A DNA stretch of 64,000 nt from Thermoplasmata archaeon (GTDB taxonomy: Archaea > Thermoplasmatota > Thermoplasmata > Lutacidiplasmatales > JAMCUS01). The notes beneath the pieces were generated by a model that had not been told where the DNA came from, did no database searches, and worked only from the letters and a program-made list of their open reading frames with translations. This document shows positions 10,334 to 21,025 of the stretch, piece by piece. Made by a program: the position numbers and the translations under genes. The stretch is from NCBI GenBank assembly GCA_049966015.1, contig JBMFVL010000001.1, forward strand, positions 6,000 to 69,999, read 5' to 3'. Every line of letters begins with the position of its first letter. Position 1 is the first letter of the stretch.

Positions 10334-11387
10334 TTTTTAACCCATATTTTTTTATGATTTCTACCAAACTGCTTTCGGTTTTTATTATCTGCATACCACT
10401 TGCTTTATTAATCCTGTTCATAATAGCCAATCCAATTCCACTATAGGGAAAGATTTGTATAAATCCTACTCTGGCGTTTTTATAGTCCAGTTTTCTTAAT
10501 GATTCAAATAAATTACGTGCTACTTCGTATAGGTTTTTTTCGCTCCCTAGTTTTATAACCTCGTTAACATTGTTTAATGCGTTTTCATCTGTGCACAGGA
10601 TGATGGCATTATTTAGCTTCTTTTTCTTTAACTTTTTTATAATATCATCGGTAACAATAAATAAAGGTGTACTAGGTGCATAATGCCTATACTTCATTCC
10701 TGGTGTAATGGCAATTTGGGCGTATTTTTCACCTTTGGAATATTCAGATATTGATATATTTCCAAATATTTTTTCTAATTCTTCAACGGTATATGCACCC
10801 GGTCTTAATATTTCAGGGGGGCTGGTTAAAAAGTTAAGTATAGTTGATTCTACACCAAAAAAAGCATCTCCGCCGTCTATAATTAAATCAACTTTACCAT
10901 ATAAGTCATCTATAACGCTTTCTACTTTGACCGGGCTTGGTTTTCCGGAAGAATTAGCGCTGGGGGCTGCTATAGGGCAACCGGAATATTTTATAAGGGA
11001 TAATGCAATAGGATGTGCAGGAACCCTAACTGCGATGCTTTCAAGGTTGGCAGATACTTCCATGGGTATTGCCTTTTTCTTTTTTAATACTATAGTTAAA
11101 GGTCCAGGCCATACTTTATTCAATTTATGCATTATTTTGTAAGGGGTATAAGCAACCTTTTTTAGGTTTTTTATACTATCTATATGGACAATAAGGGGAT
11201 TATCAGAGGGCCTACCTTTGGCCATGAATATTTTCTTTGCACTGTTACCATCATATGCATTTGCACCTATACCATAAACTGTTTCTGTTGGAAAAGCAAC
11301 GGTTCCACCTTTTTTTATTATATTACCTGCTATTTTCATTAATTCTTTTTCAGGTTTAACTGGATTTACTTTAATGATTTTAGTCAT
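10326..11387 (-). CDS. sua5: Threonylcarbamoyl-AMP synthase Sua5/TsaC with a C-terminal Sua5 domain
   Basis: YrdC fold at the N-terminus (GGTVAFPTETVYGIGANA); 353 aa including the Sua5 C-terminal domain. Confidence 0.8.
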   Translation of the reverse strand: MTKIIKVNPVKPEKELMKIAGNIIKKGGTVAFPTETVYGIGANAYDGNSAKKIFMAKGRPSDNPLIVHIDSIKNLKKVAYTPYKIMHKLNKVWPGPLTIVLKKKKAIPMEVSANLESIAVRVPAHPIALSLIKYSGCPIAAPSANSSGKPSPVKVESVIDDLYGKVDLIIDGGDAFFGVESTILNFLTSPPEILRPGAYTVEELEKIFGNISISEYSKGEKYAQIAITPGMKYRHYAPSTPLFIVTDDIIKKLKKKKLNNAIILCTDENALNNVNEVIKLGSEKNLYEVARNLFESLRKLDYKNARVGFIQIFPYSGIGLAIMNRINKASGMQIIKTESSLVEIIKKYGLKNV

Positions 11388-11393
11388 GGAACT

Positions 11394-12053
11394 TCAATAC
11401 CTTTTGCTTAATATAATGAACATTAACGCTAAAAACATTTCACTAATTGCAGAAGGTATTGCTAGGAGGTATATTTTTAAAAACAATGGCAACGATACCA
11501 ACATAAAAACAGATATTATGAATACTGGATAATAAATAGATTGCATCAATTTATAGGACTTTACTAATTTCCCAATCACATAACCAGATGTGGAAATAAT
11601 CATTGTAAATGATCCTGCGAACAATAAAGCTACAATGTACAGATAGCTGAATGTATAGGGCAAAATTATATAAAGCAGGCTACCTCCTTCTACAAAAGCA
11701 ATACCGGTAGAAAAGGAGATGCCATAATAAGGAATATACCTTTTCGGCTTGAAAATTCCTGCGTTTATTGCAACATAAATTAACAGTACATGCACCAATG
11801 AAATGAAAATAATAAGCATTATAGAAAATAACAAATCATAAGATGTTGCTATAGCAATTAAAGATGTAAGGGTAAAATAATACATGATAAAACCTGCAAA
11901 CACCCCCAAAACAAATAACACTGCATATAATTTTTGGGAATTTGAATGTAATCGTACCTTCTCATATGCTAGAAAATAATAGCTTATTGCTGCAAAGGCT
12001 AAAGAATATATATAATAGAAAAAGAGGGACACTTTACCCCACTTCAGCACCAT
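11394..12053 (-). CDS. Polytopic membrane protein, function unknown
   Basis: Six predicted TM helices. Overlaps the next ORF by 20 bp, suggesting an operon. Confidence 0.4.
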   Translation of the reverse strand: MVLKWGKVSLFFYYIYSLAFAAISYYFLAYEKVRLHSNSQKLYAVLFVLGVFAGFIMYYFTLTSLIAIATSYDLLFSIMLIIFISLVHVLLIYVAINAGIFKPKRYIPYYGISFSTGIAFVEGGSLLYIILPYTFSYLYIVALLFAGSFTMIISTSGYVIGKLVKSYKLMQSIYYPVFIISVFMLVSLPLFLKIYLLAIPSAISEMFLALMFIILSKRY

Positions 12054-12465
12054 AATTCTGTTTTTCTTGCAATTTGTTAGGTTTCGTGCTCATTTGAGGT
12101 ATGGGAATAGGAGGGGGGAGATGCAGATCCCTTGCTAGTATTACCACTTCTGTTAGGCAATTGGCTAATATAGTTCCATGGAGGTCTTGGACTATATCTG
12201 CAGGAATTTGTGATGTACTTTTCCATTCCTTTGTTATTTTTTTTGCATCACACTCAGCCATAATTAAATTGCCTTCAATGTTAATTACACCGAGATTGCC
12301 AAATGAAGACGTAAACCTAAAATCCACTGAAACTTCAGTTTCAGATATGTCGTTTAATAAAATTATTGAACTGCTATGATCTATTTTTATATTGACAACT
12401 TTTTCATTCCCTTTGGAAAATTTTTTACCTTCAATAGACTTGAATTCAATTATTTTTATAATCAT
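12034..12465 (-). CDS. Hypothetical protein (143 aa)
   Basis: ORF co-oriented and overlapping with the downstream membrane protein; no recognisable motif. Confidence 0.35.
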   Translation of the reverse strand: MIIKIIEFKSIEGKKFSKGNEKVVNIKIDHSSSIILLNDISETEVSVDFRFTSSFGNLGVINIEGNLIMAECDAKKITKEWKSTSQIPADIVQDLHGTILANCLTEVVILARDLHLPPPIPIPQMSTKPNKLQEKQNYGAEVG

Positions 12466-12510
12466 AATTTTACTTTATGCAATTGGTCCTATAAATAGCT
12501 GATGTATTAA

Positions 12511-13287
12511 CTACAACGTTGTTAATTTGCCTTCAAAAAATTTCTTTATTTTTTCTGGTACATTACCATGATAAGATACAAACTGTGCATTAGGAGTTTT
12601 GTTTATCATTTCTATGCCGATAGAATCTGTGAATTCTTGAAATCTGAATTGGGGCATTATGTGACCATAACATATATTTTTTTTAATAGCATGATCAGTG
12701 AACCTCGGCGCATAATGCCCTCCCCCTATGCCAATAGATACCTTGCATTCGTTGTCAGTATTATCTTTTTTAAGGTTTAAAATCGCACCTAAAATGATTT
12801 GGTGTGCATTTGTATCATTCCACTCTTTTTCTGTGCTTCCGGATTCTATGAAAAAGAGAGGAATGTTTATTGTTGGGCCATGATGTGTTGCTTCATAGCT
12901 TACGTTATAACCTTCTATTTTATGGCTATTCATATAAATAAGGGCTTTTCTCATTTGGAGAGGTGCTGCTATTGATAATTTATAGCTCATACCGCCGTAA
13001 GGATTGTTGGAAAAATTTCCTGTTGTATGAACTGTCAAACTTTTTATGTTTTTTTCACTTTTATGGATGGATGGAAAAACGAGGCATTCTACCTCTTCCT
13101 CTTTCAATATTTCTTCAACGAAATCTGCTTTGAGATGGTTGATAGATGAATGTATTATGCTGAATTCATTGCTTCTGTATAAGGTATACTCATCTTGCAT
13201 TTCTGTTGATAAATCAAGTTTGTTTTTTAGTTCTAAAAATATTTTTTTTGCTACATTGTCATTATCATCAATATAAATCCAAATCAT
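12511..13287 (-). CDS. dtdA: D-aminoacyl-tRNA deacylase, archaeal type
   Basis: Strong matches to the archaeal DtdA family: YEATHHGP, FFIESGSTEKEW and IGIGGGHYAP. Confidence 0.8.
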   Translation of the reverse strand: MIWIYIDDNDNVAKKIFLELKNKLDLSTEMQDEYTLYRSNEFSIIHSSINHLKADFVEEILKEEEVECLVFPSIHKSEKNIKSLTVHTTGNFSNNPYGGMSYKLSIAAPLQMRKALIYMNSHKIEGYNVSYEATHHGPTINIPLFFIESGSTEKEWNDTNAHQIILGAILNLKKDNTDNECKVSIGIGGGHYAPRFTDHAIKKNICYGHIMPQFRFQEFTDSIGIEMINKTPNAQFVSYHGNVPEKIKKFFEGKLTTL

Positions 13288-13452
13288 AGATACGTTTATT
13301 GCAATCGATATTATAGAGATTTCTTATTTTTTGCAAATTTGATGATTGAGTATACTTCATATATCTTGATTTGGAATACACCACTCATATTTTAGGGGAA
13401 AATTTATAAACGTTAAAGAAGTTTTGCATTTGGTTTTTGCTTGGTTAAATAT

Positions 13453-13524
13453 GCCGCTGTGGCTTAGTGGTATAGCGACTCCTTGGTAAGGAGTAGGTCG
13501 AGGGTTCAATTCCCTCCAGCGGCT
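13453..13524 (+). tRNA. tRNA-Thr (anticodon GGU)
   Basis: The sequence folds as a cloverleaf: acceptor GCCGCTG/CAGCGGC, anticodon stem ACTCC/GGAGT with loop TTGGTAA, T-arm GAGGG-TTCAATT-CCCTC. No intron. Confidence 0.8.
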
Positions 13525-13579
13525 TTTGTTGTTGCACTTTACATCAAAATATAAATACAGAAATCACTTAATAAAAAAT

Positions 13580-14890
13580 ATGCAAAGGAGTTATATTAAA
13601 GATATTACCAATGAATTGAATAACAAAGAGGTTAAAATTGCCGGTTTTTTGCAAGAAATAAGATCACTTAGCAAGCTTTCTTTTTTCATAGTGCGCGATA
13701 TAACAGGCACTGTCCAGTGCACATTAAAAAAAGCAAATATCGACGAAAACAGTTATAAAATATGGTCAAGTATCGAGAGGGAATCTGTAATTGAGGTTGT
13801 TGGTATTGTTAAGGTCGGTACTGAAGCCAAATCAGGAATAGAGATAGAAGTAAAAAACATTAATGTGGTTTCCCGTGCGCAGGTTCCTTTACCCTTGCCT
13901 GTTGTGGATAAGGTTAATGCTACATTAGATACAAGGTTGAACAATCGATTTCTAGATGTTAGAAAAGAAAGGATAGCCAAAATTTTTAAATTTAGGTCAG
14001 TGGTTATACAATACATAAGGGAATTTTTAATCTCAGAAGGTTTTATAGAAATTGAAACTCCCAAGATTGTTTCACAAGGTGCTGAAGGGGGAGCAACATT
14101 ATTCCCTATTGATTACTTCGGAAATAAAGCATACCTTGCGCAAAGCCCTCAACTTTATAAACAAATGGCAATGGCTTCAGGATTGGAAAGAGTTTTTGAA
14201 ATTTCACATGCTTTTAGGGCAGAACCCTCTGATACGATCAGGCATTTAACAGAATTCACATCATTGGATATTGAAATGTCATATATTGATAGTTCAGAAG
14301 ATGTCAGGAATATCTTGGAAAAAATGATTTTATATGTTGTGAATGCCATATCTGCAAAAAATATGGATATGGTTAATTCTTTAGGCATTGAAGTGCCTAA
14401 AATGATAACCCCATTCCCTAGAGTACAGTATGATGAATGCAAAAATATGTTATTACAAAAAGGTATTAATGTTTCAGATATTGGTTCAGAAGAAGAAAAA
14501 ATTTTGGGGCAGATAATATCAGAAAAATATGGTGCCGATTTTTACTTTATAACTGATTTTCCAGTAGAGGTTAAAAAAACAACTTTCTATGCAAAGAGGT
14601 TGGACAATAACCCTACTTTGACTGGCTATTTTGATTTGGAATTCAGGGGTATGGAAATAACTTCTGGTGGTCAAAGAGAACACCGTTACGATGTGCTTGT
14701 CTCCCAAATAAAAGAAGCGGGGTTATCTCCAGATTCTTTTGAAGGTTATTTAAAGGCCTTTAAGTATGGCATACCTACACATGGGGGTTTTGGATTCGGT
14801 GTAGATCGATTGATCCAGCAACTATTGAAAGAGACCAATATCAGAGAAGTTGTACTTTATCCTAGAGATAGATTTAGACTTGTACCGTAG
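13580..14890 (+). CDS. aspS: Aspartyl-tRNA synthetase (archaeal class IIb)
   Basis: Anticodon-binding OB fold at the N-terminus; class II motifs FRAE, QSPQLYKQ and GGFGFGVDRL. The annotated start was moved to the Met after the tRNA gene. Confidence 0.65.
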   Translation: MQRSYIKDITNELNNKEVKIAGFLQEIRSLSKLSFFIVRDITGTVQCTLKKANIDENSYKIWSSIERESVIEVVGIVKVGTEAKSGIEIEVKNINVVSRAQVPLPLPVVDKVNATLDTRLNNRFLDVRKERIAKIFKFRSVVIQYIREFLISEGFIEIETPKIVSQGAEGGATLFPIDYFGNKAYLAQSPQLYKQMAMASGLERVFEISHAFRAEPSDTIRHLTEFTSLDIEMSYIDSSEDVRNILEKMILYVVNAISAKNMDMVNSLGIEVPKMITPFPRVQYDECKNMLLQKGINVSDIGSEEEKILGQIISEKYGADFYFITDFPVEVKKTTFYAKRLDNNPTLTGYFDLEFRGMEITSGGQREHRYDVLVSQIKEAGLSPDSFEGYLKAFKYGIPTHGGFGFGVDRLIQQLLKETNIREVVLYPRDRFRLVP

Positions 14891-14980
14891 TTTTAGTTTA
14901 TAACTATATATTCATATATAGAATATGTAGATAAAAGATAAGGTAGCCCATAATGTAGTAAGGTTGCAGGTATATAGGAT

Positions 14981-16960
14981 ATGAATCAGGGGAATGATTT
15001 GATAGATTCTTTAAACAATGCAAAAATGTCTTCATTCCATTTTAAAACATGGTTTGTTTCAGGGATGGGTTTTTTCACAGATGCTTATGATCTTTTTATT
15101 ATTGGAATGGTTATTGCAATCCTCAAGGGCCCTTGGAACCTGACTACTTCTCAGATCGGTATATTGGGTAGCACTACCTTGTTATCCTCTGTTATCGGTG
15201 CACTTGTTTTCGGCCGATTGCTTGACAAATATGGGAGGAAGAGAATTTACGGTATAGAAGTCATGATACTAATCATAGGTGCTGTTTTTTCTGCATTCTC
15301 TCAAAATTTTGATCAGTTGTTGTTATGGAGGTTTGTTTTAGGTATAGGTATAGGAGGGGACTATTCAGCAAGCTCTATTATTATGAGTGAATATTCTAAC
15401 AGGCAAGACCGTGGGAAACTTGTTGGCATGGTTTTTTCAATGCAGAGCATAGGGCTGTTGGTAGGTCCTTTGATAACCATGCTCCTTTTAACATTGAATA
15501 CTCCTTTGGATTTGGCATGGAGATTGTTGCTAGCAATAGGTGCTATACCACCTTTGCTTGTAGTTTACTTTAGGAGGAATATAGATGAATCCCCTAGATA
15601 TCTTCTTAAAGTTAAAGGTGACATAGAAAATGCAAGATTAGCTACGTCCCATGTAACGAATGTTGATTCTTTGAATTCTAATGTTGTCAAAAAAGTTAAC
15701 GTTACACCAAAAATATTTGTTACCAATAAAAAATATTTCCTTCTTATATTGGCAACTTCTTTAACATGGTTTTTAATGGACTGGGCCTTTTACGGAAACT
15801 CTATTTCGTCATCAATAATATTCAAAGATATAAGCCCTACTATAACACTTTACCAAACTGCTTTATATACATTTATAATTTTTCTTGTTTTTGCATTCCC
15901 AGGATACTGGTTAGCTACTGCATACCTTGACAGGATTGGCAGATATCCTATACAGCTCGCTGGTTTTGCAGTTATGGGATTGGTTTACCTTTTAATAGGG
16001 TTATACCCTGTCATTATGGGTAATCTGTATTATTTTATATCTTTGTATGGTATAAGTTATTTTTTCATAGAGTTTGGTCCTAATGTAACGACGTTTGTAT
16101 ATCCTACTGAAGTATTTCCTGTTAGCGTTAGGGGCACAGGAGATGGGATTTCAGCTGCAGCTGGAAAGATGGGTGCCTTTACTGGAACCCTTGCTTTTCC
16201 GTTTTTGGTTTATTGGTATCATTTGAATGGTGTATTTGTTATATTGGGTATTATTTCTATAGTTGGATTGATTGTTTCAGCTTTGCTACTTCCTGAGCCA
16301 AAAAATAGGACTCTTGAAGATGTTTCTGGGGAAAACGAATTGGAAACGATAGTTACAAAATTTTCACCTGTGTTAATGAATCATATGGAATATGTTATAC
16401 AGGCAGATAATAAGCTGAAAGATTTGTTTAATAACCCATCATCAGATACTGTAGATCAAATAAAGAAACTTGAACATGAAGCAGATGTTGTTGTGCACAA
16501 TATCCACAACGATTTGATAAAAGCCAATATTTCGAGTACAACACGAACCGATATGGTATATTTAACTTCATCTATTGACGATATTATCGATGGAATAGAA
16601 TCGATTGCAGCTAGAATGAGAATATTCAATTATCCAAAAGTCAATCAAAATATATTTGACCTTATAGAGGTTATACATCAATCCAATTACCAGATCATGA
16701 ATGGCTTGAAGCATTTTGATGATTTACTGTTAGGGGATTCAAAAGATATTGAAAAAGTTTGCATAATAGTTAATACACTCGAAAATAAGGGTGATGATAT
16801 CCTGAGAAAAGCGTTGAAAGAACTATTCGATAATGAAAAAGACCCTGTAAAAATTATAGTTTATAAAGAGATTTACGAAAAGTTAGAAATGGTTACGGAT
16901 TCATGTGAAGATGTAACGGATGTCTTTATGGAAATGATAACAAGGTATAAAAAAAATTAG
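14981..16960 (+). CDS. Phosphate:H+ symporter (PHS/Pho84-type MFS) fused to a C-terminal PhoU-like/DUF47 helical domain
   Basis: The N-terminal roughly 450 aa have the MFS fold with the PHS signature GMGFFTDAYDLFIIGMV. The C-terminal roughly 200 aa are an all-helical, acidic domain with a PhoU/DUF47-like pattern (LEHEADVVVHNIHNDL ... DDIIDGIESIA). Confidence 0.6.
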   Translation: MNQGNDLIDSLNNAKMSSFHFKTWFVSGMGFFTDAYDLFIIGMVIAILKGPWNLTTSQIGILGSTTLLSSVIGALVFGRLLDKYGRKRIYGIEVMILIIGAVFSAFSQNFDQLLLWRFVLGIGIGGDYSASSIIMSEYSNRQDRGKLVGMVFSMQSIGLLVGPLITMLLLTLNTPLDLAWRLLLAIGAIPPLLVVYFRRNIDESPRYLLKVKGDIENARLATSHVTNVDSLNSNVVKKVNVTPKIFVTNKKYFLLILATSLTWFLMDWAFYGNSISSSIIFKDISPTITLYQTALYTFIIFLVFAFPGYWLATAYLDRIGRYPIQLAGFAVMGLVYLLIGLYPVIMGNLYYFISLYGISYFFIEFGPNVTTFVYPTEVFPVSVRGTGDGISAAAGKMGAFTGTLAFPFLVYWYHLNGVFVILGIISIVGLIVSALLLPEPKNRTLEDVSGENELETIVTKFSPVLMNHMEYVIQADNKLKDLFNNPSSDTVDQIKKLEHEADVVVHNIHNDLIKANISSTTRTDMVYLTSSIDDIIDGIESIAARMRIFNYPKVNQNIFDLIEVIHQSNYQIMNGLKHFDDLLLGDSKDIEKVCIIVNTLENKGDDILRKALKELFDNEKDPVKIIVYKEIYEKLEMVTDSCEDVTDVFMEMITRYKKN

Positions 16961-17739
16961 ATTTCCGCATCTTTTAATGCAGTATGACAAAGACAACTAT
17001 GATTTTTTGGTATGTTCGGAAGCATTTTTTCTAATATTTTCAATGTTTTGTCTACATTTTGTTTCATCGTTTCTGTTACTTCTTCTGCTGTAACATGGGA
17101 ATCCTTCCATGAATCATAATCCGTAACTGTAGCTATTGATAAATAGCATATTTCCATTTCCCTTGCCAATATAACTTCTGGAACCAGTGTCATTCCAATG
17201 ATATCTGCAAATGACCTGAACATATGGCTCTCTGCCCTTGTAGAGAACCGAGGGCCTTCGATACATACATAGTTTCCTTTGGGTTGGTACTTAATATTAA
17301 GTTCTTTGAGTGTATTTATTGCCAAACCCCTCAATTCTGGACAAAAAGGATCTGCCATTGAAATATGAATACTTTTACCACCGTTATAGAAAGAATAATC
17401 CCTTTTTTTTGTGAAATCTACAAATTGGTCAGGAATTACAATAGTGCCAGGTGAAAATTCTTCTTTAAGGGAACCAACTGTTTGTATGGATATTATCCTT
17501 TCCACACCTAAAGATTTGAAAGCGTATATATTGGCGCGGTAATTAACCATATGTGCTGGATATTCATGGTTAATGCCATGCCTTGCTATAAAATATATTT
17601 CATTATCATCTAATTTAAATTTATCAATAGAAGAAGAAGGCATTCCATAAGGAGTAGATATACTGATTGAATCTTTTTTTTCCATATTAGGAATGTTGTA
17701 AAAACCAGAACCACCAAAAATACCTATTTTTGTTGACAT
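16957..17739 (-). CDS. mtnP: 5'-methylthioadenosine/purine nucleoside phosphorylase
   Basis: PNP/MTAP family motifs IGIFGGSGF and the phosphate-binding region. Confidence 0.7.
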   Translation of the reverse strand: MSTKIGIFGGSGFYNIPNMEKKDSISISTPYGMPSSSIDKFKLDDNEIYFIARHGINHEYPAHMVNYRANIYAFKSLGVERIISIQTVGSLKEEFSPGTIVIPDQFVDFTKKRDYSFYNGGKSIHISMADPFCPELRGLAINTLKELNIKYQPKGNYVCIEGPRFSTRAESHMFRSFADIIGMTLVPEVILAREMEICYLSIATVTDYDSWKDSHVTAEEVTETMKQNVDKTLKILEKMLPNIPKNHSCLCHTALKDAEI

Positions 17740-17876
17740 GATTATAGCAAAGGATAACATTGATATAAATATTGCTTATCAAATAATATGATTAATTATG
17801 GATTTTAAATAGATAATATTGCCTCAACTTTCCTCACATAAGAAAAAAATATATTATAATAAAAGCTTTAAGGGTT

Positions 17877-18317
17877 GTGATTACTTTAAGGCAGTATTCA
17901 GATAGGTACATTAACGACATTATAGATATTGTAGCACGCAGTTTGAATGAGCATTACGATCCATCCATATATAAATCATTATCCCAATTCTGGCCAGATG
18001 GTTTTATAGTAGCTACATTGGATAACATTCAAGCGGTTGGCTTTTTATTGGGTGTAATTATCGATGGTGAAGAAACGCGTATACTAATGTTTGCAGTAAA
18101 AGAGGGGTATAGGAACCATGGTATAGGTAAAATGCTTATGAATACTTTTTTACAGTATAGCTCTAATATAGGGGCTAGACGGGTATCTTTAGAAGTCAGG
18201 GTTTCAAACGATGTGGCAATTAATTTTTATACTAAATTTGGTTTTACAAAAAAGAGTATTTTGCCCCATTATTATAGTGACGGGGAAGATGGATATCAAA
18301 TGGTAAAATATATGTGA
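17877..18317 (+). CDS. GNAT N-acetyltransferase (RimI/Ard1-like)
   Basis: 146-aa protein with acetyl-CoA-binding motif RNHGIGKMLM. Confidence 0.6.
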   Translation: MITLRQYSDRYINDIIDIVARSLNEHYDPSIYKSLSQFWPDGFIVATLDNIQAVGFLLGVIIDGEETRILMFAVKEGYRNHGIGKMLMNTFLQYSSNIGARRVSLEVRVSNDVAINFYTKFGFTKKSILPHYYSDGEDGYQMVKYM

Positions 18318-20008
18318 ATACAAGAGATATTGTGGTCATGCTAGAATATTTTGTTGATATATCCAATCCTAATACAAGGGTTGGGAAAGTTATACTTTCT
18401 GTTGATAAAAACCTAAATAAAGGGGAGAATATTACTGTATCTATACCTAACTGGACACCTGGATCCTATTTGATCAGGGATTTTGCTAGGAATATTGAAA
18501 AAATAAGTGTAGATAAGGGGATTATTGAGAAAATAGATAAGAATCATTGGATAATTTCCAAAACCAAAAATAAACAGATAAAAATTGAATATTTTGTTTA
18601 TATGGGAGAAAAGAGTGTTAGGACCTCTTACATGGACATATATCATGCTCAGATTATACCTCCATCTTCTTTTTTGTATATACCCGATCTTAGAAATGAA
18701 CCGTGCTTCATTAAGTTCATAATTCCATCTGGATGGACAATACATACTCCCCTAAAAAAAGATATGAACGGATTTTATGCAAATAATTATGATGAACTTG
18801 TAGATTCACCAATAGAGGCCGGTAAAAATATTGTTGTCAGAGATTTTAATATATATGGAAAAAAGCATAATGTAATATTTTGCAATGTTGGTGCGTATAC
18901 ATTGAGTAAATTGGTTAAAGATATTGATAAAATTACTAGAAAAATTTATAATATTTTTGGCGATTGGCCCAACAAAAGGGATTATTATTTTTTCATTCAT
19001 AATGGAGTAGGAGGGGGATTGGAGCATAACAACTCAAGCTCTATTACCATTCCTTTTGAATCCTCTTTTTCTCCTAAAGGGTATTATGGATTTATATCCA
19101 CAATTGCACATGAATATTTCCATATGTGGAATGTAAGGCATATGAGAACTGAAAAATTGATCAATTACGATTATGATCATGAAAATTATACAACCTTGCT
19201 TTGGTTCCATGAAGGCTTTACCAATTACTACGGGAATATAATACCAATAAAAGCAAATATCGTTGTAAAGGACCTATACCTTAACCATTTGGCAGATATC
19301 ATTACTTCATATTACAAATTTTATGGGAGGAATCTTCAAAGTTTGGCTTCCTCTAGTTTTGATGCATGGATAAAATTATACAGACCTAACGAAGAATCCC
19401 CGAATGCTACAATTTCATATTATACCATAGGGGAACTGGTTGCTTTTTTATTAAATGTTTATATGATCGATAATCATGGTTATGACCTTGATCATTTGAT
19501 GAATAACCTGTGGTTTAAATTCAAGGATAAAAGTATCCCGGAAAATGATTTTATAGATATAGTATCAGATATATTAAATGATAAGAAGGTCTCTAATTTG
19601 CTCTATGATTTTATATTTACTACCAATGAATTGCCTATAAAAGAATATTTTGGTAAAGCAGGGTTAGTTGTTAAAAAGTCATTAACCAAAGAGCCTTATA
19701 CAGGAATAGATTTTGCACCTAATAGCACGGTTGTAAAATATGTTCTTAGGGATTCTCCTGCTGAAAAAGCTGGTATCGTGCCATCAGATGAGCTTCTTTT
19801 TGTAGATGAATTAAGGGCAAAACCTGATAACATAAAGGATCTTTTTTACTCTACAGATAAAGATTATAATTTGGTTTTGTCTAGGGATGGCTTTTTAATT
19901 AAAACCACAATAAAAATAAACAGAAATATAGAAAAGTACGAACTAAAGGTTAATAAAAAGATGGATGGTAAAATATCTAAAACATATCATAAAATTTTTG
20001 ATTTATGA
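18314..20008 (+). CDS. M61-family zinc aminopeptidase with a C-terminal PDZ domain
   Basis: HExxH motif (HEYFHMWN) with a downstream Glu ligand region; C-terminal PDZ-like segment; 564 aa. Confidence 0.6.
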   Translation: MNTRDIVVMLEYFVDISNPNTRVGKVILSVDKNLNKGENITVSIPNWTPGSYLIRDFARNIEKISVDKGIIEKIDKNHWIISKTKNKQIKIEYFVYMGEKSVRTSYMDIYHAQIIPPSSFLYIPDLRNEPCFIKFIIPSGWTIHTPLKKDMNGFYANNYDELVDSPIEAGKNIVVRDFNIYGKKHNVIFCNVGAYTLSKLVKDIDKITRKIYNIFGDWPNKRDYYFFIHNGVGGGLEHNNSSSITIPFESSFSPKGYYGFISTIAHEYFHMWNVRHMRTEKLINYDYDHENYTTLLWFHEGFTNYYGNIIPIKANIVVKDLYLNHLADIITSYYKFYGRNLQSLASSSFDAWIKLYRPNEESPNATISYYTIGELVAFLLNVYMIDNHGYDLDHLMNNLWFKFKDKSIPENDFIDIVSDILNDKKVSNLLYDFIFTTNELPIKEYFGKAGLVVKKSLTKEPYTGIDFAPNSTVVKYVLRDSPAEKAGIVPSDELLFVDELRAKPDNIKDLFYSTDKDYNLVLSRDGFLIKTTIKINRNIEKYELKVNKKMDGKISKTYHKIFDL

Positions 20009-20022
20009 TAAAAAATTTGAAA

Positions 20023-20916
20023 TTAGCTTGAGGCTGTTTGGTTTGTATTAGATTGTATGGATACTACTGTTACATCAAAAGTTAAATCAACACCTACTAC
20101 TTGCTTATTGTAGTTAACTGTATATGTGGAATTGGAATAATTTATTCCGTATAGTATAAATGAATTGCCACTAAAATCTTTACCCATAATGTTTCCTATC
20201 ATTGAGGGGGTTACTAAGTTTTTAAGCATTATCGTAGTTCCAGAACTGTTAGATGTTATTCCTATTACTTCCATATTCCATGCATGGTAAGGATTTATTA
20301 TTTCGCCTATATATGGGGTAAACAATACAGAAATGTAACTTGAATTAACACTCATTATTGTATCGTTCCATCCCCAGTAAGGATCTTTAAACACAGCACC
20401 GATATCAGGGGGTTGGTTGGGATATAGCTTGGAATAGAAAGAGGTATTGTATGTTGCCATTGCAGATAGATTGCTTATAATAGGATAAGTTCTTATTAAA
20501 TTGGGGTTCATTTTTCCGTATCCTAGGGAGGGCGGAACCACAAATATTTTAGATTGATTAACAGACATTCCCAACAAGTTTTCCCAAAAGCCAGTTACTG
20601 TAATTATATATACATTGTTTCCACCACTGCTTCCTACATGTACTTTTAAAGGAGTATACTGATTGACACCCCTAAAAGTGAAGGAAACTGCTTTAGGATA
20701 AGACTGATTGTTTATTGCTACGCTGTACATAGAGGTATCAAATACCTGACCATTCGGCAAATATCCTATATAATTAACGCTTACATTGTCTCCTACTGCA
20801 ATTGTTATTGGAGGAGATACGGATGATGTTTGTTTAGGCATGTAGTAATATAGACCAGCTTCTACTGCAATACCTACTAAAATTACAACCACTATCGACA
20901 CATAATATTTGTTCAT
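20023..20916 (-). CDS. Membrane-anchored FKBP-type peptidyl-prolyl cis-trans isomerase with a C-terminal extension
   Basis: N-terminal TM anchor followed by FKBP motifs (GDNVSVNYIGYLPNGQVFDTS and VVPPSLGYG). Confidence 0.55.
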   Translation of the reverse strand: MNKYYVSIVVVILVGIAVEAGLYYYMPKQTSSVSPPITIAVGDNVSVNYIGYLPNGQVFDTSMYSVAINNQSYPKAVSFTFRGVNQYTPLKVHVGSSGGNNVYIITVTGFWENLLGMSVNQSKIFVVPPSLGYGKMNPNLIRTYPIISNLSAMATYNTSFYSKLYPNQPPDIGAVFKDPYWGWNDTIMSVNSSYISVLFTPYIGEIINPYHAWNMEVIGITSNSSGTTIMLKNLVTPSMIGNIMGKDFSGNSFILYGINYSNSTYTVNYNKQVVGVDLTFDVTVVSIQSNTNQTASS

Positions 20917-21025
20917 TGCCCAATCGTATCATTTTTTTGCATATAAATATTATGTTTATTAGATGTCAATACCGATGTAAACTATGCTTTATTGAATGGT
21001 GTGTTAATCAATAATCAACTACACT

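Noticed and set aside
10708-11142. 144-aa + strand ORF
   Set aside because: Antisense within the well-supported sua5 gene, with no independent signals.
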